Below, piece by piece: positions 27,293-46,454 of a stretch of 64,000 nucleotides of DNA (the first letter of the stretch is position 1; the number at the start of each line of letters is the position of its first letter). Source of the DNA: the human T2T-CHM13v2.0 reference genome, Homo sapiens; NCBI RefSeq assembly GCF_009914755.1, contig NC_060931.1. The stretch is one strand, 5' to 3'. The position numbers and the translations under genes are program-made. Under the pieces are notes generated by a model that saw only the letters and a list, made by a program, of their open reading frames with translations, made no database searches and was not told where the DNA came from.

Positions 27293-30200
27293 TTTTAAAA
27301 TTTTTATGAGTACGAAGTAGGTAAATATATATATACTTAAGAGGTACATGAGATATTTTGATACAGGCATACAATGTATAATAATCACATCAGGGTAAAC
27401 GGTCTATCCATCACCTCAAGCATTTATCCTTTTTTTCTGTTACAAGCAATCCAATTATACTTTTAGTTTGTTTAATGTACAATAAATTATTGTTGAGTGT
27501 AGTCACCCTGTTGTATTACTAGACCTTATTCATTCTTCTTCAGTGGCGCCATTTAATGTCTCAGCCCCCCAAGTAGCTGGGACTACGGGAGCAAACCACC
27601 ACGCCCAGCTAATTTTTGTATTTTTAGTAGAGATGGGGTTTCACTATTTGGTCAGGCTGGTCTCGAACTCCTGACCTCAGGTGATTCACCCGCATCGGCC
27701 TCCCAAAGTGCTGGGATTACAGGTGTGAGCCACCACGCCCAGGGCAAATAATATTTTATAACCCATTGTTTTAAACTGATGACAACATAACATTGATTGC
27801 ATAAACAAAAATCAAAGAGAAAACTAAGAAAAACTCTGCACTTTAACTTCACTCTCCCCACTTTTAAAACTTTTTCTTGTTTCTATTTATATATTATTAT
27901 ACTATGTCTTGAAAAGTTGTTATAGCTATTATTTTTGATAAGTTAGGTTAATCTCTAAGTCTTTCTACTCAAGATATGAACAGTTTACACACAATTACAG
28001 TATTATAATATTGTGTGTTTTTCTGTGTACTTACTGTTAGTAGTGAGTTTTGTACCTTCAGGTGGTTTCTTATTGCTTACGAATGTCCTTTTCTTTCAGA
28101 CTGAGGAACTCCCTTTAGCATTTCTTGTAGGACAGGTCTGGTGTTGATGAAATCCCTCAGCTTCTGTTTGCCTGGGAAAGTCTTTATTTCTCCCTCACAT
28201 CTGAAGGATATTTTCACTGGATGTACTATTCTAGGATAAAAGTTTTTTCCCTCAGCACTTTAAATATGTAATGCCACTCCCTCCCGGCCTGTAAAGTTCC
28301 ACTGATAAGTTTGCTGCCAGACTTATTAGAACTCCTTTTTATGTTATTTGTTTCTTTTCTCTTGCTTGCTTTTAGGATTCTTTCTTTATCCTGGATCTTT
28401 GGGAGTTTGATTATTAAATGTTTTGGGGTGTCTTCGTTGGGTTAAATCTGCTTGGTGTTTTATAACCTTCTTGTACTTGAATATTGATATCTTTCTCTAG
28501 GTTTGGGAAGTTCTCTGTCATTATCTCGCTGAATAAACTTTCTACCCTGATCTCTCTCTCTAGCTCCTCTTTATGGCCAGTAACTCTTAGATTTGCCCTT
28601 TGAAGCCAGTTTCTAGATCTTATAGGTGTACCTCATTCATTTTTATTCTTTTTTCTTTTGTCTCTTCTGAGTGTGTATTTTCAAATAGCCCATCTTCAAG
28701 CTCACTAATTCTTCCTTCTGTTTGATCAATTCTGCCTGTAAGGGACTGCATTTTTTAGTACGTTAATTGGATTTTTCAGCTTCAGAATTTCTGCTAGATT
28801 CTTTTTAATTGTTTTAATCTCTGTTAAATTTATCTTGTAGAATTCTGAATTTCTTCTCTGTGTTATCTTGAATTTTGTTGAGCTTCCTCAACACAGCTAT
28901 TTTGAATTCTCTGTTTGAAAAGTCACATATCTCTTTCTCTCTGGAATTGGTCACTTGTGCCTTCATTAGTTTGTTTGGTGAGGTCGTGTTTACCAGGGTG
29001 GTCTTGATGCTTGTGGATTTTTGTTGGTGTCTGGGCACTGAAGAGTTAGGTATTTATTATTGTCTTCACAGTCTGGGCTTTTTATTTTTTTGTATCCACC
29101 CTTCTTGGGATGGCTTTCCAAGTATTTGAAGGGACTTGGGTGTTGTGATCTAAGTCTTTGGTCACTGCAGCTATATCTGCATTAGGGGCCATCCGAAGCT
29201 CAGTAAAACTATAGCTTTTGCAGACTTGTAGGGGTATGACATTTGTGGTCTTGGGTAAGATCCAGGAGAATTACCTGGATTACCAGGCAGAGACTCTGTT
29301 CTCTTATCTTACTTTCACCCAAACAAATGGAGTCTCTGCACTGAGCTGTCTGGAGCTAGGGGAGAGGTGACACAAGCACCCTTGTGGCTGCCTCCACTGT
29401 GACTGTGCTAGGAGAGACCTGATGCCAACATAGCACTGGGTCTGGTCCAAGGCTTGCAGTGACCACTGTCTAGCTACAGTAGCTTATGTTTCCTCAAGGC
29501 CTGCATTCAGAAGCTGGTGAATTCAGCCAGCCTTGTGTCCTTCCTATCAGGGCAACAAGTTCTCTCCATCTTCAAGTAGGTCCAGAGATGCTGTCTGGAA
29601 GCCAGGGCTTGGGGTCGGGAACCTTAGGAATCTACCTGGTACTCTATTCCACTGTGGCTGACCTGGCACCCAAACCACAAGATAAAGTTATTCTCACTCT
29701 TCCCTCCTCTTTCCTCAAGCATCAAAGTCCTTCCCCATGACCACCATTGCACTAGCCCATGGCTAGTACTTCCTGGCTATGCCAACATTCACTCAAGGCA
29801 CAGGGGCTCTTCAGTCAGCTTGTGATAAATGCTATTAGTCCCGAGTTTCTCCTTTCAGGGCAGTGGGGTCCTCTTTGGCCCAGGGCATGTCCAGAAATGC
29901 TGTCTAGGAGCCAAGGCATGGAATCAGGGACTCCAGGAGCCTGCTTGGTGCCCTACTCCCCAGTAGCTGAGCTGGTATCCAAGTCGCAAGACAAAGTCTC
30001 CTTACTTTTCCCTCTCCTTTCCTCAAATAGGAGTCTCTCCCCTGAAGCCACCACACCTGAAGCCAGCATGGCTGGCTACTACTACTGATTATTCAAGCCC
30101 AAAGTCTCTTTAGTCAGCAAGTGATGAATCTTGCCAGGCCTGGGCTCTTCCCTTTAAGGCAACAGGTTCCGTTCTGGCCCAGGGTGTCTCTAGAAATTTC

Positions 30201-30990
30201 ATGTGGGGGCTAGGGCATGAAATGGGGGCCTCCCCCTAGTGCACAGTTCTACCGTGGCTGAGCTGGTATTCAAGTTGTAAGACAATGTCTTCTTTACTCT
30301 CCCCTCTCTTCTCCTCAAGTGGTGGGAAGGAGTCTCTCCCAGTACTGTCAGCAGCAGTGCCTGTGGCTTGGAGAAGGGTGATGCAAGCATTCCCTTGGCC
30401 TCCCTGGCTAGCATCTCACTAGGTCATGTACATTCTAAGCCCAATGGCTCCAAGCCCAGCAACAGAACTTGCCCAAGAATTGTAGTTCTTTTGGCCTATT
30501 CTGCCTTTCAAGTTTATTTGGGACCCCCCCAGAGCACTTTAGCCCACCGTAGCTGGGCCTGCTAGAACTCAGGTTCTGGCTGCTTGGATGAATGACTCCT
30601 CTCTAGCTAGGGCTCATCTACATGCTCCCTCTGGGCACTGGCTGATTTCTGCCCAGTGTTGTTTTTCACTGTGACAGGGCAGCACTGAGTTCCAATGCAA
30701 GGCCCTGCAATCACTGCCCTGTCCCTTCCGCAAGCACACTGATTCTCTATGCCATGTGGCCACTGCTGGGGGATGTGGAAGGGGTGGTGTAGGCAATCCA
30801 AGACTGCCTTTTTTACCCTCTTCAGTGCCTCTTTCCTTAATATGATGTTAAAACCAGGTACTGTGATTGCTCACATGATTTTTGGTTCTTATGAAGGTTC
30901 TTTTTTGGGTGGATAGTTGTTCAATTTGTTGTTCCTATGTCGGGGGCAATTCCTGGAGGCTTCCATTTGGCCATCTTGCTCCACCTCTCC
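27293..30990 (-). mobile_element. Old L1 (L1MA/L1M2-type): 5'UTR, decayed ORF1 and a 3' end; internally deleted at a half-Alu (27559-27742)
   Basis: 5' end GAGCAAGATGGCC at ~30980; ORF1-like peptide EICDFSNREFKIAVLRKLNKIQDNTEK (28814-29038); L1MA-type 3' end at 27300-27535. Confidence 0.85.
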
Positions 30991-31039
30991 ACCAAAATGA
31001 CTTTTTGGAGAGGAGTTATTAGACTACCTCTGGAAGTGC

Positions 31040-32177
<1,138 letters not shown>

Positions 32178-32224
32178 GTGACACTGGGAGCAACACACAT
32201 CCATATCTGTTCAGTGGTTTGGAG

Positions 32225-32736
32225 CAGGGCCCTCAATCCCTGCTCTGTGGCCTGTTAGGAACAGGGCCACATAGAAGGAGGTGAGTGGGGGGTGAGCAAA
32301 TGAAGCTTCATCTGTATTTACTACCACTCCCCTTCACGCACATTACTGCCTGAGCTCCATCTCCTGTCAGATCAATGGTGGCATTAGATTCTCATAGGAA
32401 CTTGAACTCTATTGTGAACTGCACATGCAAGGGATCTAGGTTGCATGCTCCTTATGAGAATCTAATGCCTGATGATCTGTCACTATCTCCCATCACCCCC
32501 ACATGGGACCATCTAGATGCAAGAAAACAAGCTCAGGGCTCCCACTGATTCTACATTATGGTGAGTTATATAATTATTTCACTGTATATTATAATGTAAT
32601 AATAATAGAAATAAAGTGCACAATAAATGTAATGCACTTGAATGATCCTAAAATCATCCTCCCCCATGCCCCGGTCCATGGAAAAATTGCCTTCCACAAA
32701 ACTGGTTCCTGATGCCAGAAAGGTTGTGGACTGCTG
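32225..32736 (+). mobile_element. MER1A hAT-Charlie DNA transposon
   Basis: ~510 bp; CAGGG...CTGCTG termini; degenerate 8-bp TSD GTTTGGAG/GGTTAGAG. Confidence 0.85.
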
Positions 32737-32826
32737 GGTTAGAGGACATGGAGCTGGAAGACCTGAGAAGGTAGAGAAAAAGGTTCTATGCCAGACTGGT
32801 CATATTTAGAAAACACTTCGTATTAT

Positions 32827-33629
<803 letters not shown>

Positions 33630-35247
33630 GTATAACTATTGTTGTGTGCATTTTATTCCTCACTACTGTATATATCATTGACAATGCTAAGTACTTTTTT
33701 GAAATATCTAGGCTTTGTAGGTATTCAGTGCCTGATACATATGTTAAAAGTAAAAGTAGAGGTTGTAAAATGATACATTTTGTAAATGTCTTTTTGTTAA
33801 AATTCCATAAGAAATGTTTGGGGGAGAATGGCCAAACCACCCCTTGAGTAGTACACATTGTGTTTGTGCACTGTTTCAGGGGAGGAGACAGGAAAAGGAA
33901 GTGCAAAGAGCTCTATGCTGATGTCCACAGTGAGGCAAGATTAACCACTGTTCCTTACTTCTATGCATTTTATTGTACTTATCTGTGTATATAAAGGATA
34001 AACAATACCTAATTTACAACATCTAGTCTTTCTAGATGTTAAAGAGTTGCTTGTGTATAACAAAAGTAAGTTTAGTAAACGAGTATGTTTTATACATTTT
34101 GCTCAAATTTCCGAAAATTTGAGCATTATTGACCACTGAGTTGATGGAGATGGGAAGGGTTTTAGGCCAGAATGTTCATATTTTAAAGGCTCTTTCAAAT
34201 TATAACTACTCTTACATGTGTGCAATTTATTCAAGACTGCTGTACACATAGTGGACAAATTAACTCCTTATGTATGTTAAATGTAGAGGTAGTAAAATAT
34301 CACTTTTTGCTAAAATTCATAGGAAAATTGGCTTTTGGAAATGGAATTGTTACACCACTTCTGTGAGCAGTATATTATTGTCTGTACTTGTTCAGTGGTT
34401 TAGAGGAGGTAGGAGGGAAGGAATTGCAAAAGGTAATATGCTAGTGTGTTCATATTTGGACATTTTCAGGAACTTTTTTTCTGTATGTTTTGTGCATTTT
34501 GTTTTGCTGTGTATATAGTGTATATAATGGACAAATGAGTCCTAATTTTGCAACATCCAGTCTCTAGATGTTAAAGAGGTTGCCAGTGTATGAAAGCACT
34601 TAGAATTAGCACAGTTTTGTACACTTTGTGTTGAAATAGCAAGTTGTCTTCTGTAAATGACTTGGATATGAATTTGTTCAACCATCTCTAAGCATTACAC
34701 ATGCTTATGTTTGTCCACTGGATTGAAGGCAGAGAGAAGGAAGTGAGGATAGAATGGTTCAAGGCCAAAGTGGTCATATTTAGAAGATCTCTCAGATTGT
34801 GACCCTTGTAATGTGTGTAATTTAACTGCTGTGTATATAGTAGACAAGTTCTGATATGAAATATCTAGTCTTTGTAGATATTCGGATGTGCCTAATGTTT
34901 TAAAAGCAGAAGTAGTAGAGTAACGCTTTTTGTAAATAGCTTTTAAAAATTAATGGAAAATACCGTGTTTGGAAGTATAATAGAATGTTAAACCACCTCT
35001 GTGAACAGTGTACTCTCTGTATCATTCATTGGGTTGAGGGAGGAGGGAGGAAATTGCAAAAGGTGTTTTGCTAATGTGTACTAGAACATTTCAGCTTATC
35101 CATTGCTCTATATATTATGTTCTTTTGATTTAACTTTTCTGTACTGTATATATTGTGCATGTACTGGACAAGTGAGTCTTAACTTTATAATACCGAATCT
35201 CTGGATATTAAAGACGTTGCCAATGTATGACAAAAATAGAGTTACTA

Positions 35248-35724
<477 letters not shown>

Positions 35725-35966
35725 TCATTAGCTTTAACAATCAGCAGAGTTAAAGGAAAGGCTGACTTCCTCTTAGTTGAGAAGCATGACTATGACAATG
35801 CCTAAAGAGAAGGCTGTGCCACCCTTGCATGGAGGTAGGCAGAGTGAACACCATATTTAGAATGTAATTTCTAACTAATTTCCATGCAACCCAGGGAAGC
35901 TGGGTACAAAGGTATGAACATTACACAAAACTCTAGGAGTGCAATCAAAACCTCAAATTTTTATAC

Positions 35967-37237
35967 TGGAGAGTTACACCTTCCAAAGTTTATTATTTGG
36001 AATTCCATTCCAGTGATCTACTCTGTGATAAAAAGTGTGTACACTATATCTCCCTCACTTCAGACACTCCCAATTGCATTACATATTAAAGGCTATAGAG
36101 AACCCAGTGACCAAGGCATGCAACTGACATTGTTGCTCCGATTTCCCCAGTATTATTTCACCATGTAAACTTTTACTTCCTGTCATAATGTAACTAGTGC
36201 TGTACAGAATGCAGTTGGAAAAAAATTCTCTAACTTTAGCCCAGAATAGTTTTAAGGAGGTTACAACCAAATGACATGTTGGTCATAAAATTAAAATAAA
36301 TATTCACAAAATACTTAAAGAAATTCCTCTTGAACTTCCACGATAGACTATGTTTAAAATCTACCTCTTGGCACATTAAATGAATTGACTTGCATATGGG
36401 AGTTAGCCAAACTCTTAGAGAACACACTCCAGAAATGAAGATTTGGGGCTCTGTAATAACTGATACCAAGCCATCCTTTCTTGCTATAATTAGAACTCAC
36501 CAGTTGCTAATTAAGGCCATTGCTAGATCTTCAGTAAAATAATTTTATCTGCATAAAAGAAACAGTTATGTTTCTCAATCAGAAGGTTAAGGGTAAGCAA
36601 ACAATTCAATTTGTAATGTGTACATGCAGAGAGTTTTGGGTTTCATTTTTTTCGCTGACTTATTTTCTTTACATGTTTACATAAAGGAACAGAGTCCACA
36701 TACTTTTAAGACAATATAGTTTTTAGAGGTGTCCATCCCTCAATTAACTAGGTGTTTGGGTTTTGTCTTTTCTACCTAATGCTACTATGTACAAAAATTT
36801 ACATAAAGGGACAGTGTTCTCATTTTTATTAAGATACTATAATTTGTATAGTCATTCATTAATTATTGATCATTTGAGTTCTTTCCAGCTTTTCAATTTT
36901 TTTTGGTGAAACAATGATGTAAACTTTGTTGTACACATTGCTTTTTGTGATTTTGGAAAATTTCCTTGTATAATCTGAAGATGAGAGATTAAAGACTATA
37001 AATTTTTCTAGTTCTAATATTTTATTGCCAAATTGTTAAACTTTTCAAGAAGTCATAACATCACCTTTTCTGGGTTCCTCCAACCAGATACTAACTTAAA
37101 TTCCTGAAAATGTAAACCTCACTAACAAGGTCCTTGTGGTTTAATCTAGAAAACAGAATCCAGCAATACGAAGGAAATTCTGTTATATTTTTTAGCTTCT
37201 TGCAAGAGGCTGGGTTTTGAAGGGAAGAATGAGTATC
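35967..37237 (-). other. SPMIP4: C7orf31/SPMIP4 3'UTR, AATAAA at 35989-35994
   Basis: Canonical hexamer on the minus strand ~1.25 kb past the stop; cleavage position inferred. Confidence 0.65.
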
Positions 37238-38242
<1,005 letters not shown>

Positions 38243-38689
38243 TTACTGGTTTTAGAGAGTATGAAAGGGGCATGTTTTTTATTTGGCTATACAGAACTCT
38301 TTCTGTGTGGGAACTCTGCTTTTAAACTTCAAAGATATAAAGCAATCACTGGAATAAAACTTCTGTCCATCACTAACAGATGGCATTAGCCGCGTGTGCA
38401 GTTATTTAATCTCAGCCAAAGTCTCCTTTATTAGGCCTTAGCAAGTGCCCTTAAACCTTGGCTGAGTCAGAATCATCTGCAGAGCTGGCAGGAGATTCCT
38501 GACTCCTAAGACCCTCCAAGACTGTGGGTCAGAAGGCCTGTAGTGGGCCCCAGGAAGCTGAATTTTCTTTTTTTTTTTTTATTTATTTTTTCTTTTTTCT
38601 TTCCTTTCTCTTTGGTTTTCATTCTCTTATGGTTTTGGCAGGTTTTGACAGTATTAGAGTAATGCGAACCTCATAAAACAAGTTGCGGA

Positions 38690-39100
38690 GTGTATTAATT
38701 TGCTAGCGCTGCCATAATGAGGTACCACAAACTGGGTGGCTTCAACAATAGAAATTTATTGTCTCATAGTTCTGGAAGTTCAGCCTCAGTGTATTGGCAG
38801 GGTTGGTTTCTTCTGAGGGTTGTGAAGAAAAATCTGATTCCTGCCTCTTCCCAAGATTCTGGGTGGTTTAATGGAAATCTTTAGTGTCCCTTGGCTTGTA
38901 GAGGCATGACCCCACTGTCTGCTTTCATGTTCACAAGACATTCTCTCTGCAGCATGTCTACCTCTAAATTTTCTTTTTATAAGAACACCAGTTAGATTGG
39001 ATTAAATTCACCCTCATGACCTCATTTTAACTTGATTACCTTGGAAATGACCCTATTTCCAAATAAGGTCACATTCTGAGGTACTTGGGATTATGCTACA
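38690..39100 (-). mobile_element. MLT1-family LTR
   Basis: ACCACAAACTGGGTGGCTT...ATTTCCAAATAAGGTCACATTCTGAGGTACT. Confidence 0.8.
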
Positions 39101-42100
39101 ACTTCAACAAAAGAGATTACCCATAATATGGGGTAATTTAACCTTCCTTACATTCTAAAAATCTTGTGTAAGATTGGTGTTATTTCTCCTTGAAGATTAG
39201 AAAAGATTTACCAGTAAAACCACTTGGGTCTAGACTTTCCATTTTAGGAGGGTTTTTGATAAATTCAATTTATTATTATGTATAGGACTATTCAGATTTT
39301 CTTTATCTTCTCATGCCAATTTTGGGAGGACCACTTTTTAAGGACACTTGTCAATTTTAAGTTATGATCCTTTTAATGCCTGGAGAATATGTAATGATAA
39401 TCTTTTTAAAAAATTCATTATAACTGTGATTTATGTGTGTATTCTTTTGTTCTTAATCAATCTAACTAGAAGTTTGTCAATTTTGTTGATCTATTCCAGG
39501 GATCAGAAAACTTTTTTCTGTAAAAGGCCAAGTAGTAATAAGCTCATAATTTAGTGTAAGCATTGTGGACCATGTGATCATCATTGTAACAATGCAACTC
39601 TGCCATTGTTGAATAAAATCAACCATAAACAATCCATAAACAAATGAATATTGCTGAGTTCTTTTATTTTCTTTTTGTGAAGATAGAGTCTTGTTATGTT
39701 GCCCAGGCTGGTCTCTAACTACTAGGCTCAAGCAATCCTCCTGCCTTTGCCTCCCAAAAATGACAGGATTACAGGCCTGAGCCACTGTGCCCAGCAACTG
39801 TTGCCATGTTCTAATAAAATTTATTTACAAAACCAAAAATAACCACAATGAGTTAATACTCCACAGTCACCGTATAATCAAAAAGAGAGAAATAAATAAC
39901 TGTTGGCATTTATGTTGAGTAATAAAAACCCTCATACATTTCTGGTTGGAATGTAAAGAGTTACAGCCACTTTGAAAAATGGTTTTGAAGTTTCCTAAAA
40001 TCATATAACTACTCTCCCAAAACAAAAACATATGTCCATACACAGATTTGCATGTAAATATATGGAAGCTGAATTTTCAACGAGCATTTCAGGTGATGGT
40101 GAGGCTGGAGATTTGCTATGCTTTGAGAAACACTGGTCTGAGGTGTCATGTCTGTGCTTCTTTTTAAGTTGTTTTATAAATATGAACTCAATTATGTCTG
40201 GTAACTGCGAAAGTAGTGAGTGTATTTAAAGTGCTATTAATAGATACACGCTGGGTGGTGGGAAGAGGATGCAGCTGACTGGGAGGGGGTATGAGGAGGA
40301 AACTTTCTGGAATGATAGTATTCTGTATCTTGATAGGGGTTTGGGTTACAAAGGTGTGTTTGTTAAAACTCGATGAATGTACACTTAAGATTTGTGCAAT
40401 TGCATTGAACTTTATTTCATCTTAAAAGAAAAAAAAACCGCAAACAAATATTGAACTCTGGTTGATAATATACATGCTGCATGTTTAGGAGTGAAGTATA
40501 CTAATGTCTGCAATTTACTCTAAAATGCATACAAATAATATATTTTTATTATTTCTGGATGATGGATGGTTAGAGGGATGGAAAGATGGATAGATTATGT
40601 GATAAAACAAGCATAGCAAAATGTTAGTGGTAGAATCTAGGTGGTGAGTATATGGGTGTTAATTATACATTTTTTTTTTTACTTTTCTGTATGTTTCAAA
40701 CATTTTATAATAATATGTTAAAGTAAAAAAACTACCAAAGAATGTATGTATAATGATGATGGAATTGACAGCAGAGATAATACAAATGAGAGTAGTGAGA
40801 AAATAATCACTGTAGCTTGGACTTAAAAAAATGGACTTAGGAACATCCTTTTGAAAGCTAATCTGTTCATAGTCAGAGAAATTTCCATATTGAGGTAACA
40901 AATTTGTTACAGCCTTTAGCTAATCAAGTTTGAGTAAATACTGTGATGAAAAAACTTCAGCTCTTTGACGTGCTTTGTTAAATTTGTCATAAAAAAGGAC
41001 AGGACTTATCATATTGTACTTTGACCATATATATTTCTGTATGCAAGAAGCAGTTTTTAGTGCTTTTATTTTACACTACTACAATAAAATATTTCATACA
41101 CATTTTTATTACCATTAAAACATGTTTTCCCAGTCTGTTCTTTATGGTTTAATCAGAAACCAGCAAGAGTCACTAAAACTTTCTTTTAAACTTCCAATTA
41201 TCTTAGGTATATTTTATCTCGTTATTCATAAATATTTAAGAGTTGATTTGCTTGCACAATGATTTTGCATATAACATATTTGGCAAACATCCTGTATATA
41301 ATGGAATATGTATTTTGTACATACCATACAGGGTCGAATCTCTGGAAATCTGGACAGTTGTTGAACACACCTGACAACATGTGTTCATATAATATTTTCT
41401 ATACTTAGAGAATGCTCATTGCAAATTCAACAAAAAAATTATTAAAAACCCTTCAGTGAATGATATAACACAGCCTATAAACCTGCTCCTGGTGTTATGA
41501 TTTTATATCACCTTAGGAAATGCTGAAGCAAATGTAAAATCAGTATGTTCAGCTCAGTTTTTATTTTATTTATTAATTTATTTTGAGATGGAGTCTCACT
41601 CTGTTGCCCAGGCTGGAGTGCAGTGGCACAACCTTTGCTCACAGCAACCTCTGCTTCCCAGATTCAAGCGATTCTCCCACCTTAGCCTCCTGAGTAGCTA
41701 GGACTACAGGCATGTGCCACCATGCCCGGTTAATTTTTGTATTTTTAGTAGAGACAGGGTTTCACCATGTTGGCCAGGCTGGTCTCCAACTCCTGACCTC
41801 AGGTGGTCCACCCGCCTCAGTCTCCCAAAGTGCTGGGATTATAGGCATGAGCCACCACGCCCGGCCCTCAGCTCAGTTTTTTTGTTTTCTTTTCTCCCCC
41901 CGCCCAGCATGATCTTGGCTCGCTGCAACCTCCGCCCCATCCCCCTGGTTGAAGCGATTCTCCTGCCTCAGCCTCCAGAGTAGCTGGGATTACAGGCGCC
42001 CACCACCACGCCCGGCTAATTTTTGTATTTTTAGTAGAGACGGGTCTCACCATGTTGGCCAGGCTGGTCTCGAACTCCTGACCTCAGGCGATCCACCCGC

Positions 42101-42619
42101 CTCAGCCTCCCAAAGTGCTAGGATTACAGGCATGAGCCACCGAGCCTGACCCAGCTCAGTTTTTAAAGTGTTCAAACTGAAATAATCTTACAGATGTTTT
42201 TCCTTGTGTTTTTCACGATTTATATACCTTTAAAATGTTAATTTTGTTTTCAAAATTTGTAGTCGTCGAGAATAAAATTTAGGCCTCAAATAAAACAACA
42301 CATATGCAAACTATTAGGTCATTTCATCTCATTTACATAATTAAACCAACAGATTATACTTTTGCTCATTAAAGGGCTTGATTATTTCTTCCAGGCCATT
42401 TCGCATAATCAATTTAAAAGTCTCTACTGATATCTGCAGAGAACGTATTGGCTTTTCATTGTAATTCAGCCAGCTCTCAATTATTATGAATATCAGGAGG
42501 AAGCCTTTATTTCTTCAAAAGCAATGGTAATGTACAAGATATATAAATATGCAAAGGGCCAGGCGCAGTAGCTCACGCCTGTAATCCCAGCACTTTGGGA
42601 GGCCGAGGTGGGCGAATCA

Positions 42620-42892
<273 letters not shown>

Positions 42893-43039
42893 TCACTAGT
42901 TAAATTCTTTTGTAAACTGCTTCTTTTGTAAGTTATTTCAGCAACAGTAGCATAGTAGAAAATCTGTTAAAAAAAAAACCACTCTGAAGAAGAAAAGAAA
43001 TCTCTTTTTTTTGAGACGTAGTCTCGCTCTGTCGTCTAG

Positions 43040-43132
<93 letters not shown>

Positions 43133-43374
43133 TAGAGGCGAATGCCACCACGCCTGGCTAATTTGTGTATTTTTAATAGAGACAGAGTTTCACCATATTG
43201 GCCAGGCTGGTCTCGAACTCCTGACCTCCTGATCTGTCCGCCTCGGCCTCCCAGAGTGCTGGGATTACAGGTGTGAGGCACTGCGCCTGGCCCAAGAAAA
43301 GAAATCTTGCTTGTTTTCCCAAACAGCAGACAAAGTATTCAAACCAGTTCAAATCAGCTCAGAATTCACTTCTA

Positions 43375-43590
<216 letters not shown>

Positions 43591-43873
43591 TTAATGGAAA
43601 CATCACCTTATTATTTTGTTAGGGTAAACGAAGAACGATAGTTATATTACCCTTTATAGGAAAACTTACCCATTCCTTTTGTAATATAATTAGAACCAAT
43701 AAAATGAAAACCAACCCTACCTCCCAGCTACCTATGAAGAGAAATTTACCACCCACCTTAATTCTTATTTAAATACTTTAGGATTTAAATACTTTGAGAA
43801 AAAGGCAAAGACATGAGAAGTTGAAAGCTTGTCATAGCATTTGTTAAATATTCCAATTTTGTTCTAATTTTTA

Positions 43874-44071
<198 letters not shown>

Positions 44072-46229
44072 CTAAAATATGAACATAAAGATTACTGCTG
44101 TTAATGTCATCTAGTAGAATAAGACCTGATTCATGATCTCAGCAGGAAAGAGGCAAAGGAAATTCCAGGCTGACGTCAGAATGGTTTTTTTTTTGTCATT
44201 AATTACTAGTTAATTACTAATTGCTATAATTGGAACCATATATAGAGTTAAACACAATATTCTATCAAATAAATGGTAAGGTCTTTTCTAAAAGTCTTTT
44301 GCCTTAGCTGGGACTTTGATAATGTGTATTGGAGAAATGTCCCTGAATATTCTACCTCCAGTGAAATTTTATTAGCAATACAAAGGGCTCTAAGGTGGTC
44401 TTTTGGCTAAGTTTAGCTAAAATTGTGTGCCTTCTACTTTTCCTTCCATGCCTGAAATGAAACCATTTGATGTCTTTTATGAATTTCCAATGAAGTTTAA
44501 ATCACTCAAATTCAAATAAAATTTTCATTCTTCAGACGTAACTAGAGAGTTTTATTTTATATTTTCAAAAGAGCTATGCATGTAAACATGAGTGAATAAG
44601 TGAGTTTCACTGCAGTCTTTTTGATTACTTAGAAATTCACCTTTTCTCAGTATCTCTCTTATGATACTTAATATTTACTAAGCACCTATATGTGCACAGT
44701 AGTGGCTGCAAACAAGCATGGATCCAAAACAAATCTTGCCATCCAGGAATATATTGGCTAGTAGGGGAGATAAACCATGAAACACAAATGACAAAAAGAT
44801 TTTAACAAGTAATTCTTTGTCATAAAAGAAGTAAAGACACTTTTTTTTTTTTTTTTTTTCCAGAGACAGGGTCTCACCCTGCCACCCAGGCTGGAGTGCA
44901 GTGGTACAATCATAGCTCACTGAAACCTCCAACCCTTGGGCTCAAGTGATTCTCTGGCCTCAGCCTCCTGAACAGCCTGGACTACAGGCCTGTACCACCA
45001 CTCCTGGCTTTTTCTTTAAAAAATACTTTTTGTAGAGACAGGGTCTCATCATGTTGCCCAGGCTGGTCTCAAACTCCTGACCTCAAGAGATCCTCCTACT
45101 TCAGCCTATCAAGCGTTAGGATTATAGACATGAGCTACCATACTCGACCATGAGACACAATTATTTGAAAGTTCAAAGAAGGGAGAGATTGAATTCACCT
45201 GAATGGGGAAGTGGAGCTGGGAAACAGGGAGGGAGGGTGAAGACAAGAGGCCATGTCATGTTATATGCAGAAACTGGGCCTTGAATGATGTGCAGAGATG
45301 TGGAGGCCAAAGGAACAGCAGGAGCAGAGGTATGGATAGTGGTGGCAAGTGTGGAAGTAGCATTTCTTCAACATTAGGCTGCTGGGTGCCCTCACAGCCA
45401 GGCCCACCCTTAACACTTGAGGGCCTGGGATGAAAGTACAAATGGAAGTCTGTATTCCATTTCACTAAATAGTTAAATTTATAAATCAAGTAAATAAATG
45501 TTAAATAAAATATGTTCCTTTCACCTGCTTTGACAAAATATCTCTGGAACAACCTGGAAGACCAGGTTTAAATTTGGATTTCTTGGACTACTTCGAGTTC
45601 TGCACTGGGACAGGGTGGTTCAGGGAGAGCCAGCCGCTGGCCCCTGGCCTCAGCACCCTGACTGCTTTCTTCTTTACCCGCCCCATTTACCCACCACCTC
45701 ACTTCTAGCAAACAGGCATGCAGTCATGTTTTGGTCACTCCTTTGGCCATGAGGTATATACCAGCTTGGCAGCACTGCCAACCCTTGGGAAGATGGACAT
45801 AAGGAAGAGACCCTAAGAAGGGCCTAGGATTGGGTTTAAAGCCATTTGGTCAGGGAATTCTGTGGTTCAAGATCATGGTCAGGGGAGGGAGACAGAGGAG
45901 CATGGGCTCCAGACGAACATATCCTCTTGCTCCACAGAAAGGGCCACAGCCAGAGGAAGGCCAGAACTGGCCCTCTAAAGTGTGGGGCCTTCTAAAGTTC
46001 CTGGGCCTAAGGGTTATGCTGTTCATAGCAACCCTGTGAGATTAGAGTGATTCCATTTTACATATACAGTAATCATGGTAAAAGGCACTGCTACCCCTAT
46101 AAACCTTTAACAAATATGTGGCTTACTTATTCAGGGATAAAGAAAGCCCCTTTTGATCTCCTTATCTTTTTCATTATTTGCAGAGCCAGTTTACTTGGAA
46201 ATAAGAAGGACTGTTTTTTTTTTTTTTGA

Positions 46230-46454
<225 letters not shown>

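Noticed and set aside
33630-35247. Repeated hairpins with spacers as a CRISPR-like array, satellite or miRNA cluster
   Set aside because: Eukaryotic context, whole ~300-nt units are homologous and the stems are only ~9 bp; NORAD repeat units explain them
42360-42530. Possible extra SPMIP4 exon
   Set aside because: Exon 43498-43589 already splices in phase 0 to 38059; no convincing splice-site pair or open frame seen
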